Origin: Marsupella aquatica
Lineage: Eukaryota > Plantae > Marchantiophyta
Assembly (NCBI GenBank): GCA_973895155.1
Contig: OZ316894.1
Span: 20,900,451-20,964,450 of the forward strand
DNA length: 64,000 nucleotides
Direction: 5' to 3'
In this document: positions 40,600 to 52,370 of the stretch, piece by piece
Layout of the letters: each line of letters opens with the position of its first letter
How positions within the stretch are numbered: the first letter of the stretch is position 1
Notes under the pieces: generated by a model
The model's database searches: none
Seen by the model: the letters and a program-made list of their open reading frames with translations, nothing else
What the model was told of the DNA's origin: nothing
Program-made: the position numbers and the translations under genes

Positions 40600-40920
40600 A
40601 ACAAGCTGAAATTCGCTAGTATGAGCTGATACGAGCTGGTACGAGCTGATATGAGCTGATACAAGCTGAACACGAGCTGAAACCCTCGCAACTTCAGAGC
40701 TCCAAACGAACAAGCTGTGACGAACCCAAGAAGCCATTCAAACAAACCAGAAGCCCTTCAATCAAGCAAACAAGAAGTGAATACAAGATGTGAGATCGAG
40801 TTGAAGCGCGCCAACCACCTCCGGACCACAATGAACGAGAGCTCCTGACCACAATCAACCATCAAGCTCCGGACCACAATGAATGAACGATCGAGCTCCT
40901 GACCACAATGAACGAGCTGC
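40600..40920. repeat. Short tandem motifs (gagctgata)n and (ctcc(g/t)gaccacaat)x4 in a promoter/5'UTR-like region
   Basis: Directly visible repeats. Confidence 0.6.
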
Positions 40921-43325
40921 AACAAACAAAATGGGGCGGACGAGAGCAGGCGCGTGAAGGTCCTATGGAGCTGGCGCGGGAGACAACAACAATGAACGAG
41001 AGAACTGACAAGAAGTGAACAACAATGAACTCAAGACCGTGTGCGCCGTCACTAAGTAATGCGAATTAGGGTAACCATTTTAACGTAACCCTAATAAGCC
41101 TACGCATCCTACGGATCAGAAGGTTCTGGATGATCTCCGTACACGTTCCTAAGACTCAATCAGTACGAAGTAGGCAATTGTGAAAAGAAGATTACCGGAA
41201 TCTTCTTGATTGGCCGTACTCAACGAGATTTTAGTTGGATCGCCAATTTGAAATTTAAACCGGTAATTATGTAGTTGCGATAGATTTTGGTAGTGGAGAC
41301 CCCCGGATCCGGATCCGTATCTCCACTCTCTACATCGTGCCAATTCAAATTTGAGTATCGAGCCAATTGAAATCCAAACTCCTGGGTAACGTAAAAAGAT
41401 TCTCACGATCGAAGTGAACCGATATTCAAAGTCAATCCATTTTGGAAGTGGACAATACCAGATCCGTATGTCCACTTGCACGTTGAATAGCAACTCAATT
41501 CAAAACTCAAGAAAGTATCGTGCCAAATCCTAATTCCTGAACAACGTACAATGATTCTCACGACTGGAGATTGAATCAATTTTCAAAATCAAAACCGATC
41601 CAGATGAACACATCCTTCATGGAGTCAGACTACTCTCATCGTTCACGGATCATTCTTCATTTTCAGTTTCTCCTGACTAGCGGAACTCTCAGCGGACGCT
41701 GATCCAAGGAAAATTTGAGGCGGAGCTCATTGGATCATTCGACCATTCCAGGCGGGGCTCATGCAAGCAACTCAGGCGTAGTTCATTGTATGACATTCTA
41801 GGGAAGGGCTCAACCGACCCCAGCGTAGGAGTTCTAGCGGAAGTGAGACGATGAAGTTATAGGATCTCTATAGTCATCCTCGCTTATTCGGAGCATTCTA
41901 GTGGACCAACAAAGAGCAACTAGTTAGAAGGCACTTTCTGTTCGAGGATTTTGATCTCGATACGATCAAGAAGCTTTCATTTTCTGGTTGAGGCATTCGG
42001 TCTGGATACAATCAAGATACTCAAGGCAATTGGAGTCCGACGAAAGGTTTGCGAGGAGCAGGAGGCTTGGCTGGGAGGAGGGTGTTTGCCATAATTGCTG
42101 ACGGAGACAACACGCAACTGAACATCTTGTAAGTACGCAATTCCGCAATCAATGACGAGATTAATTGCCTTCAATCACGCATTCAATTCATGATTTGTCT
42201 CCATGAAGTTATGATCGAATTCAATCACTCCTCAATCAAGTCCAATCCGGAAGAAATCTATCACCATGAATTCCTTCTATGAAGTACTACGGTAGTCGTC
42301 AATCAAAATGAAATCTTCACAGTCCAAACTAGTGTGTCTTCCAATTTTACATGGCCGTACATATGGGTATTTTAACATACAATCGACTCTAGCAAATTAG
42401 CCATAATTTACTTTTATATCTAAAGTCTTTGTTTCATCACGCGCCTAGTCGCGTATTGTTTTAGAGGAGAGGATATACTCTCCACTCTTAAATCTAATCG
42501 CACTCCATTTCTGAGATCCGATTAATCTCTATTTATTAGTTACTTTACTTAGTCATTGAGTAGAACTCCACGCGCACAGTCGCGTGACATAATTGACCTC
42601 AGGTCAGATTCTCTCAAGAATCGAAGCCAATATCTATTCGTTTACCGCCCCTGGTTGCCTTGTTTGGGGATGACGGGCACGTTCCCCATTCTGGTTGACT
42701 TACCACGCGCACAGTCGCGTCATTCTTCCTGCTGTATTCTAAGGTAATATAGATGTAGTATAGTATCACTCAAGCCTATGTTATTTTGATCATTAGAAAA
42801 AGACTCTCAGCCCTAGGTGGTCTAAACTGACTTCATTCAGATGAACCTAATTATTCCAGACACCGGTAAACATGCAAGGCATTCCAAACATACATACATG
42901 GAGCACTATTTGCGGATTTAATACCCAATCTTGTTCACAGTGCACGCGCACAGTCGCGTCAAAATTATTGTTGTCTTCTAAGGTAATTTAGATATAGGAT
43001 CGAATCACTCCAGTCTTAGCGGTTCTCGTTGTTGACTAAGAAGCCATCTTGAGAATCATTTCAACAAGAATTCACTTCATTCAAATGACTTGAATTATAG
43101 TAGAAGCTAGAAAACATAAATGACCATTCTAGAATATTTTTTCGTCGATTACCAAAAAAGACTACATCCATCCCGAAGGACTTCAAATGTGGAATCCATT
43201 TCCATTGAATTGATTCCGTTAAAATATATCCCTACGGGATGAAATCTAGCTACATCGTATCCCTACCGAGTTCTAACTTGGACTACGTTTTACTCAAATT
43301 CAATAAGCTCTAGCCTTACATCGAG

Positions 43326-43829
43326 TCAATCATTCCACGAAGATGGCATCCACTCATCCGTGTCTGGCGTGGATTCGCCAAAATCCAAGAATGCCTTCTT
43401 TGCCCAAGCTCTATGGTCCATAAATTTGTGTGCGTTGCTCGGCTTCCTCCTTCTGTAATACAGTTCACAATCTTCCTTCATCTCTAATTTCCTTTTTGTA
43501 GTTGCGTCCACGTTCTTGGCCTCCTTCTTGACTTTCTTAGCCTCAGCTGCTGCCTTGACCATAATAGAATTGATGCGTACTTTGGCCTTCAACTTTTCCC
43601 CGGATTCCATCTTTGGATTCGACACGGTTGGATTGCTCTCCATCTTATCTTCCGTCGTCAAATGTGGCAAACAGTGGGTTCTCTCACAAAACATTTGACC
43701 TCTAGATGTAGTCACCGCAAACATGATATCACATCGCTTACACAATCTGAAAGGAGTACCACGATAGATAGAATCTTCTGCATTGTCTGTTGGAACATCC
43801 ACATTCTTCAAGCTCATCGGCTTAGCCAT
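43326..43829 (-). CDS. Orphan 167-aa basic protein with a Cys/His cluster
   Basis: Intact ATG ORF; CKRC...CERTHC; Lys-rich C-terminal half. Confidence 0.5.
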   Translation of the reverse strand: MAKPMSLKNVDVPTDNAEDSIYRGTPFRLCKRCDIMFAVTTSRGQMFCERTHCLPHLTTEDKMESNPTVSNPKMESGEKLKAKVRINSIMVKAAAEAKKVKKEAKNVDATTKRKLEMKEDCELYYRRRKPSNAHKFMDHRAWAKKAFLDFGESTPDTDEWMPSSWND

Positions 43830-44025
43830 CGCCCTTCAAGCAAGAGATGCGGACCGAGACTAAGAATTTGGAGTGAAAGGAAAGACTCTTCTATTGGGAG
43901 CAAAGGAAGGGAGAGCTGATGTGCGATTACATTATCCAGTAACCAGAATGTTCAATGCATGGAGAATGGGCAGTTTAGACATCATCTCAATGCTTTATAG
44001 TCTTTACTCTTCACTACTGTGGATA

Positions 44026-44220
44026 TTGTCAATTAAGTGGCACAAATGTAGGGCGGAATCTAGGTTGGTTTCTAGAAGAGAGTAATCGTCTGTCAATTCA
44101 GTGGCACAGATGTAGCGCGGCATGTAGGATGGTTCTACAACAGAATAACCGTGTGTCAATTAAATGGCACGAATGTAGGGCGGAATCTAGGGTGGTTTCT
44201 CGAAGAGAGTAATCGTCAGA
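44026..44220. repeat. ~64-bp tandem repeat x3
   Basis: tgtcaatt(a/c)a(g/a)tggcac..atgtag.gcgg.at.tagg units. Confidence 0.7.
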
Positions 44221-45189
44221 CTGGCACGGAATAGAATTGGCTGCAAGCTGAATTGTCGTATAATTATGGCTTTAATTTCACTGTCGACGACTGGCCCGAA
44301 ACGTACTGATTGTTAGTGATGTACTGGAATGATTATGAGGTCCTCAGTAGATACTGACTGTCCAGTGTCCACTCAGTGGTGTATCTTATTATTAAATCGC
44401 AATTGTATCTTACTTATGAATCGCCAACTACAAGCTAGAGTTTGGGTCTAGGCTTCTAGCTTCTAGGTTTTAGACCCTATGGGAAATAGGAATCTATAAT
44501 GTTGAATTGGTCATGGGCTAGCCTAAGGGTCTCCCGCACATTTTCAGGCCGTGTCCACCCGAACCTAACTCGGGCAACTGCAAAACTCTCCCGGCCTGAT
44601 ATTTGAGTCCCCCAGTAGGAAAACCACTTCACGCATAGCGCCGCGACACAACTCATTGCTAACTACCCCAGCAAATATTGGCCTGAGTATACCTAGTTTT
44701 GGTCCGCCTGACAGCTTTGCGGGCTGCCCATAAGGTCAGATTTTTCCCCATATCTAAGACGCCCTAATAATGCTTGTGAAGAGGTCAGTCGTGTCATTGA
44801 GGGTCTCCCCCGTGTCTTTGGCAAGGGCCTCCCACTCCCGTGCCTTCATTATGGACCCCCCCTCGGGATATCATTTTTGAGCGATGCGTCGCCCTCCCCT
44901 CGGTCCCGATGCGCTCGCTCCTTCCTCTCGCCCTCCGCTCCATAAATGCCCTGGCCCGACTCCTTATGGGCCGGCCCTCCTTGCGCCCTGCAACGCACGG
45001 GTATAGGGCTCGTTCCACAATAGAATGTTACGGAAGAAGCATGACGCAACTGGTCGCGTAATGGATTGGCTAAACTAAGCCCTCAAGAAGCATCACACGA
45101 CAGGTCGTGTGCAGTATTTTGTCCTTACTTTGGTAGTTGACGGCCATGACAGGACAACACGCTTATAGTCATATTCGCTATTGTGCAGG

Positions 45190-48100
45190 ATCATAATTAG
45201 TACATGGTGACATCGACAGTCTGGATCAGGGAAGGCGGACAAGTTATTATAGGCATCCGTGACAAACAGGTTGGAAAAGGTCGTGTGATAAGTCTTGATC
45301 CTTCCAGGGTTTGTCACAATGTTACTCTTGGGGCGGATAGAGTTCTTCTTCTATTGGAGGAAGTTTTTGACGAGACTAATTCAATGCGGAGATGGCAAAC
45401 TTTTGAAGGACATGATTGGGGGCTACCTTGTATGGGAAAGGAATCAACTTTTTCAAGCTCCCGTGGAATTGGAGGATTTGTTTGGCGAGGTTGGTGATGA
45501 TCAAGATCCAATTGAGCAAAATTCTGTTGGGAACCACCATAATGAGAGTCAGTTTCGTATGGAAATAGTTTTACCAAAGGCCTTGTGGATGGGCATGCCT
45601 GTAAAGGTGGTGGATGAGAACAAGTTGATTTTTGCAGTGACAACTATACATGTTCTAGATCCTATAGTCAAGCTTGGGGATGTCACCCTTGGGAATACAC
45701 ATGTGGGAATTCTGATCAACAATTTTGTTGAGGGAGCTACGGTTGACCATCTGAAGCATAGAGATTGCTTAAAAGCTTGGTCGATGGACCAACTCATTGC
45801 CAAGGATGGCAACTTGTTGTCTTTCCACAACATTAGGCAAGAAGTGGGAGGGAACACATCTCCTACAAGTGGAAAGCGGTCCTACGTCCATAAAACTAGA
45901 AAAAGAAAGAGTCCATCTTCCTAGACATCTAGAAGAGACACATCTCTGGCACGTCAAGATGTGTTGTTGATAAACACCAAGGACTATTGTAGTGAACATT
46001 GTTGCCAATATTTGGACCGCAACTTGGCTATGGCAATTAGGCAAAAGTGGTGGTCAAAATCTTTTGCGGAGCGCAAGGAGGAGGAAATCAAGGCTATAAA
46101 AAATACAATACACTTGGGTACAGGCGAAAGGATTCTAGTAGTGGAGGGCAAAGTATTGTGCTTGGAGGCATGGAGAATCATTCATTCAAGAGGAAAGACT
46201 CAATTTTATGCCTTGAAGAAGACTGTGATGGCTGGAATGAACATAGGTACCCATGGTAATGCTGGAAAAAGGCGTATGTCTGAGAAAGTATCTCAAGCAT
46301 TCATGTTAATGAAAGAGATTATTGAGGAGGCAGCTGATCATCATCCAGCCAAGTTGAGAACCATGGCAGATAATTCAAGGGTGGTTTTGAGGGAATTTCC
46401 AACCAATCTTACTTGGGAGAATATTAGAAACAGGGTTAATGTTGTCAACAAGGAGGCTGGTCTTCCTCCAATTTCCCAACCCACCTTGAGTCATCTACAT
46501 CAGATGTATTTCAGGGAGTTCTCGCGTCACAAAAAGGGCAACAACTTTTCAAAGTGTACAACTTGTAGTGAGTTGCTTCAACGGAAAGCAAACCTTACAG
46601 GAGCTAAGGAAGAGTTAGAGGGCCTAAGGCGTGACGAGGAGGAACATCACCAAGACCACACACAACAAAGAACCTGGAGATATGAGTCCCTCGAGGGGTT
46701 GACTATAAAAAATCTTAGGAACCACGTGCGATCCAAAATAGGTATTTTGGATCGCACTTAACTAAATTTTTAAAAAGTGTAGGAGGCAAAAGAAGGTATT
46801 ATAAACTCATGTTTATAGAATATTCGTTAATATATACAGTTTATAAAGTAAAATAGGTCATTAATATTAAAAATAGAGAATATTCTTAGAATATTTTCTT
46901 TATAAAATAGGTCTATTTATATTAGGTTAGGATCGCACGTGGTACCCCAAAATATACACTTAGTTAACCCCCCGAGATGAGTCCATCCATCGTCCAAAGG
47001 AAGTGTTATGCCTTATTCATGATAAGATGGATCATTCAAAGACAGCTCTCCCAAGAATGCCCTTCAATCCTAAGCATGTGGATGGTGCCCAAAAGTTCCC
47101 AATTACTGTCACTGGTATCCTTACTCATGGTCATGGTCCCAAGGCCATAGCCCAATATCATGTTGGAGTGTGACCAGGTGATGTCAACGTCACTATTGGG
47201 TCAATTGATTCAATACTAAGGATGTTGGAAAACCCAAATCCAATGATCAAATCTCTTGTGGAGGGGCCAGACTCGACAAGTCTTTTTAAAGACCTCCTTT
47301 TTGGGAGAAAAAAAGATATCTTGGAGGCAAGTGTCCTTAGAGCATTTGAGGATGACATTGCCTACATCTCAAGCCTAGGTACTTTACTCACAATCCTTTT
47401 ATTATTAATAATATAAGCTCACACACACTAACACTCTACTTTGTGTAGTTGTTGCTCCTCTAGCCAAGGTTTCATTAATAGGGTTTAAACCCTAAACCCT
47501 AAATTGGGGTTTAGGGTCTGACTAGGGTTTTATTTAAAAGCATTTTGAGATTGTTACATTGTGATGCAGCACCTGAGGCACCAAAGTTCAGGCCCCTTCC
47601 ACGAGTATTGAAGCTACAACTGGATAATTGTGCCTCAGACAACAAGAACAGATATATGATGGCTTATTTGTCATTGTTGACGGCAAGGGAGGTGTTTGAA
47701 GAGGTTCATCTTGGTTTTATGGTGGTTGGGCATACTCATGAGGACGTTGACGGTATGTTTGGGCATTTTTCAGAGTCTATGATGCATAACCCTACATACT
47801 CATTGCCTAAGTTAATGTCCTTGTTCATGAGAGCAAGGACACCCAATGCAGTCCCACATTTTCTACAGGAGGTCCCAGATTTCAAAAACTACTTAGCTCC
47901 ATTCATGTTGAAGGGCCGTGAGGCATTGGTAGGGCATTTAAAACCCAGGCTGTTTAGGTTCTATGTTCGTCATGATAGTATGCCATGCTTCCAATACAAA
48001 ATGAAGTCAACTGATCAGGGATGGTTACCCAAGGAAGGTATTTAAATGTGGTCATGGAAAGATGACAAAAGTCATCACATCCCAATTGGGGTGCCCAAAC

Positions 48101-48857
48101 GGCTGCCAATGATGGAGTTGAAAATGCTTCCTGAAGTGCTGACAGGGTTGAAGAAGCATATGTCATTCTTTGAGTTTATTCTAAAGCGAACAAAAGAGGA
48201 AGAACCAAAGCGACGTTGGACAATTCTCATCAATTATTGGAATGACATTGTAGTACTCTATAGGGTGAGCAGGTGCAATATGAACCTAAAGATGCACACA
48301 ACTTGGAATACGGGTTTTGGCCTTTATCAATATGGAGAGAGCACGTTCCACCAGAATATCAAAATGTGGCATGTGAGTTGGAGGCAACAGTGGATTATGT
48401 GGGACCAGCAAAAGATAAACCTCCTGAGAGTTTTAACCCTAGGGTTGATGTTGTGAAGGGCTGTTATGTGTTGGTACGGCCGGACGACTTAGACCTGGAT
48501 GTTTATCCCGTCCATATGGGGTTAGTTGTTACAGATGTGGTAGAAGGACCAGTGAATGAACAAAACCTTCTTACTCATGTATGTGGCGTTGAGTGGTTTA
48601 GACCATTTATGGCAAAGAAGCAACGTGGTCAATCAGACTGGCAGCCAAGAGAGCGGTGGGCAGATTCTTGGGATAAGAAATGGGAATGTGATCCAACTCC
48701 AATATACAAGGAAGCTGAGACAATAGATGTTTCCTCTGCCTTGTGGTGTTTCAAAGCACGCAAAGGACCAGTGACAGGGCTGGTAGGAATTCCAAAGAAT
48801 GTTGCTGCCAAGGCAAGAGACTATCTCTTGACATGCATAGCAAGTGACAAATCCTAG
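45190..48857 (+). pseudogene. Sola-like (DUF7869-type) RNase H-fold transposase with two N-terminal En/Spm TnpA-like modules and a C-terminal BAH/Tudor-like domain; stops, frameshifts and a MITE insertion
   Basis: FSKCTTC; LIHDKMDHSKTALP (after MITE removal); LQLDNCASDNKNRY; FMVVGHTHEDVDGMFG. N-terminal VGKGRVISLDP..HNVTLG and IHVLDP..GDVTLG. C-terminal YVLVRP..MGLV..VEWFRP. Superfamily assignment is from memory of motifs. Confidence 0.8.
46690..46976. mobile_element. MITE (287 bp), 16-bp TIR CTCG(A/G)GGGGTT(G/A)ACTA, 8-bp TSD ATGAGTCC
   Basis: TSD at 46682-46689 and 46977-46984; subterminal inverted repeat accacgtgcgatcc/ggatcgcacgtggt; removal restores WRYESIHRPKE. Confidence 0.93.
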
Positions 48858-48949
48858 ACAGTAATGAAGCATGTAGTTTAGCATACAGTTTAAAAGACAA
48901 CTCATAATAGTAGTAGCCAGAGAACTCAAGTTTAGACAAGTCTTATCGT

Positions 48950-49480
48950 CTAAGTTAGTTAGTTGGTTAGTTTATTTAAGATATAATATTAGTTAGTGGG
49001 GCCTTAGTTTGGTGATATTAAGGCATGATATTATTGACATTCAAATGAATCTCCAGTAGACATTGTAATATACAACAATCCTATTAATAAATAATAATTA
49101 TAGTTACACCTTCAAGTGAACTCAACTTTCAATGATTTTTGATTTTATATGGTCCCATGCCTGATTGAGTCAAAGCAATAGAAACTAACTAATAAAGGGT
49201 GATACTATGATTTTAGGTCACGCACCCTGGTGCGTGTCAATCTTTTTTGTATTCAACCCTATAGTAATTAAATAGACAAGTTAGTTAGTTGGTTAGTTTA
49301 TTTAAGATATAATATTAGTTAGACAGTGGGGCCTTAGTTTGGTGATATTAAGGCATGATATTATTGACATTCAAATGAATGTCCAGTAGACATTGTAATA
49401 TACAACAATCCTATTAATTGTTGTAAAGGGTGGTCAATCTTTTTTGTATTCAACCCTATAGTAATTAAATAGACAATTGA
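48950..49480. repeat. Local direct duplications downstream of the transposase
   Basis: 48951-49088 recurs at 49278-49418; 49236-49279 recurs at 49434-49476. Confidence 0.8.
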
Positions 49481-51268
49481 AATAATGAATGACAGTTTAA
49501 TTAAGGATTTGTGCATGGATCAAGAGGTACTTAATTGATGTCATTTAGTGATGCATTGCTATAAAGATCTTGCAACAAAACATTTGAAGTTTTTGACTAT
49601 CCCACCAAATGTTAAAGAGGTTGATCATTCATTAACTTATAATATTTAGATAAAATTGGAATTAATCTAATACTTTAGTATTCCTTAAATTGGGGTTGAA
49701 TGCTTGCCCAATTACTACAACGTAAGAGCCCAGACATTGAGACAACGTTGCAGCATGGCCAAAAGAAGGTCAAGTATGTGCCTACGTTCAAGGCTCCAGT
49801 CACTAGGGTCACTATCTTCTTCAAAAATAATGTTTCCCATCCAGTATCTCACCATGCATTGTGGCTTACTATACGTCAGTGGGTATGTTTGTTTTGCAGG
49901 GCAACGAGTGACTCAAAGCAAGTTTGTAATCCGGTTTGAACAAAACCTCTTACAGAACCCGCCACCAACAGTTCCGTCTCAAAACATGTTCTTAATTAAT
50001 TTTCTTTGAGTTTATGATGCCCGGGATGATGCCCAAACTTGACTTCCACTTGTGGGATAGTCTCACCAATGTCGTGATTGAGCTCGCTTGCAGGCCTTGG
50101 TTTTGCAATGCCCAAATTCATCGTATGTATTTGGGTGGACCAGTAGAGCTTTGTTTGATATTGAAGATAGTGCATTTGCAAAATTAGATGAGTTTCAAAG
50201 TGGAAGACTCATCCAAAGTGCTAGAGTAGTCATAAACTAGTTGATGCATCAATCGAGTCGTTTGAAATCCATGATGACATGGCATTGCAACGGGCAAAGC
50301 TGTGTCATGATGCTTTGAACTCGATGTGTACAAAGTATCAAAGTCTACTATGGGAAGAGGAGCATGGTTGGCCACGATATCAGACTATGGGTGAGAATGA
50401 GTATGCGCTTTGGAAGGCACATCGTAAGCCCAAGGCAGTTCAAACTTACATACCCAACATTGTGGCCATGTCCCGGGCCATGTATAAGAAGCTCAACTCC
50501 TGTATTCATGATGTTGCAATGAAGAAGGTAATTTGATCCTACACGTACCACAACTAACATCATATGGTCATGCATTACCACGACATTCGTTGTATTGTAA
50601 TTTGTTCAAACATAGACCTCTTCAGTGTCAATGTCTTTCATGTGTGAAATTGGCCATTGTCCTATAGGTTGAAGTGGAGGCGGAGTGGACTGACACCTCA
50701 CATGAGGAGCCCATTGAGGAGTCTGACGTTGAACAGAAGGATGAAGCTCATTTTCTGGATGAAGATGTTGCTGAATTGTTCCCAGATTTGGCACGTGAGA
50801 TGCTTGCCAGCGAGTCCCAAATTAATTTTAGGTGGGTCACCAACGATGACCTTGCATCACATGATGCATTCCCGGAGGCCCCCCCTACAACAAATAATGT
50901 GGATCCGTTGCTACAGGTCTCTTCATCCAATGCTGGAAGTCCATCACACCATGCCAATATACATGTTCCACCTGCCAAGGCGGAACCCAAACATATACAT
51001 CACAGTCTACTATTCACTATATTGGGAAGTTAGATGGTAGTAGGGCACATTTGTGCATGGACCTAAACACTACCTTGAATGAGTTCAAATTGTTACAAAG
51101 TGGATGTTGTATTCCATCCAATGAGGAGTGAAGCCTTTTATTTGCAATTGTTAGGTCTGAGTACGCCTTCCATGGTGCATGTGCTGTATGATTATTAAAG
51201 TGTTGAATATGGCATGCTTTTTTCCATTTAGTCCCGACTGTCTTTGTAAAGTTCAAGTGAAACAAATT

Positions 51269-52370
51269 TTTTTCCAAGTGTGAAATCTGAATACAACGTC
51301 CAAAGTGTATACATGAAAAAGGTATTTCTATGTTGAAACTCCATAGGTTTTGTCCATTTGGGCAGGCTTCGGTGGAGGCAGTGTTTGTAAAGTCGGAGGG
51401 GAGGGACAATTGTTTTTCCAAGTGTGAAATCGGAATACAACGTCCACATTGTATACATGAAAAAGGGTTTTCTGTGTTCAAATTCCGTAGGTTTTGTCCA
51501 TTTGGGCAGGCTTCGGCGGAGGCCGTGTTTGTAAAGTCGGAGGGGAGGGACAATTGTTTTTCCAAGTGTGAAATTGGAATACAACGTCCACATTGTATAC
51601 ATGAAAAAGGGTTTTCTGTGTTCAAATTCCGTAGGTTTTGTCCATTTGGGCAGGCTTCGACGAAGGCAGTGTTCGCAAAGTCAGAGGGGAGGGACAATTG
51701 TTTTTCCAAGTGTGAAATCGGAATACAACGTCCACATTGTATACATGAAAAAGGGTTTTCTGTGTTCAAATTCCGTAGGTTTTGTCCATTTGGGCAGGCT
51801 TCGGCGGAGGCCGTGTTTGTAAAGTTGGAGGGGAGGGACAATTGTTTTTTCAAGTGTGAAATCGGAATACAACGTCCACATTGTATACATGAAAAAGGGT
51901 TTTATGTGTTCAAATTCCGTAGGTTTTGTCCATTTGGGCAGGTTTCAGCGGAGGCCGTGTTCGTAAAGTCGGAGGGGAGGGACAATTTTTTTTGCAAGTG
52001 TGAAATCTGAATACAACGTCCAAAGTGTATACATGAAAAAGGTATTTCTATGTTGAAACTCCATAGGTTTTGTCCATTTGGGCAGGTTTGGCGGAGGGCG
52101 TGTTCGTAAAGTCGGAGGGACAATTTTTTTCCAAGTGTGAAATCTGAATACAACGTCCAAAGTGTATACATGAAAAAGGTATTTCTATGTTGAAACTCCA
52201 TAGGTTTTGTCCATTTGGGCAGGCTTCGGCGGAGGGCGTGTTCGTAAAGTCGGAGGGACAATTTTTTTTCCAAGTGTGAAATCTGAATACAACGTCCAAA
52301 TCGTATACATGAAAAAGGGTTTTATGTGTTCAAATTTCGTAGGTTTTGTCCATTTGGGCAGGCTTAGGCA
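51269..52370. repeat. 144-bp tandem satellite, ~7.7 copies (last units 138-139 bp)
   Basis: Unit ttttccaagtgtgaaatcggaatacaacgtcc...gggcaggcttcggcggaggccgtgtttgtaaagtcggaggggagggacaat. Confidence 0.95.

Larger units (their letters stand above)
14623..45110. promoter_or_regulatory. Dispersed 16-bp near-palindrome ACGCG(C/A)NN(A/G)GTCGCGT, ~19 copies
   Basis: Copies start at 14623, 15461, 15577, 16624, 19608, 21456, 22868, 22993, 24191, 24781, 24854, 24884, 24950, 42439, 42570, 42705, 42944, 45044, 45095; a more distant variant lies at 49220. Function is inferred. Confidence 0.75.

Noticed and set aside
47484-47530. Telomere-like CCCTAAA/TTTAGGG repeats
   Set aside because: Only 2-3 units inside a transposase intron; telo-box level, not an interstitial telomere.
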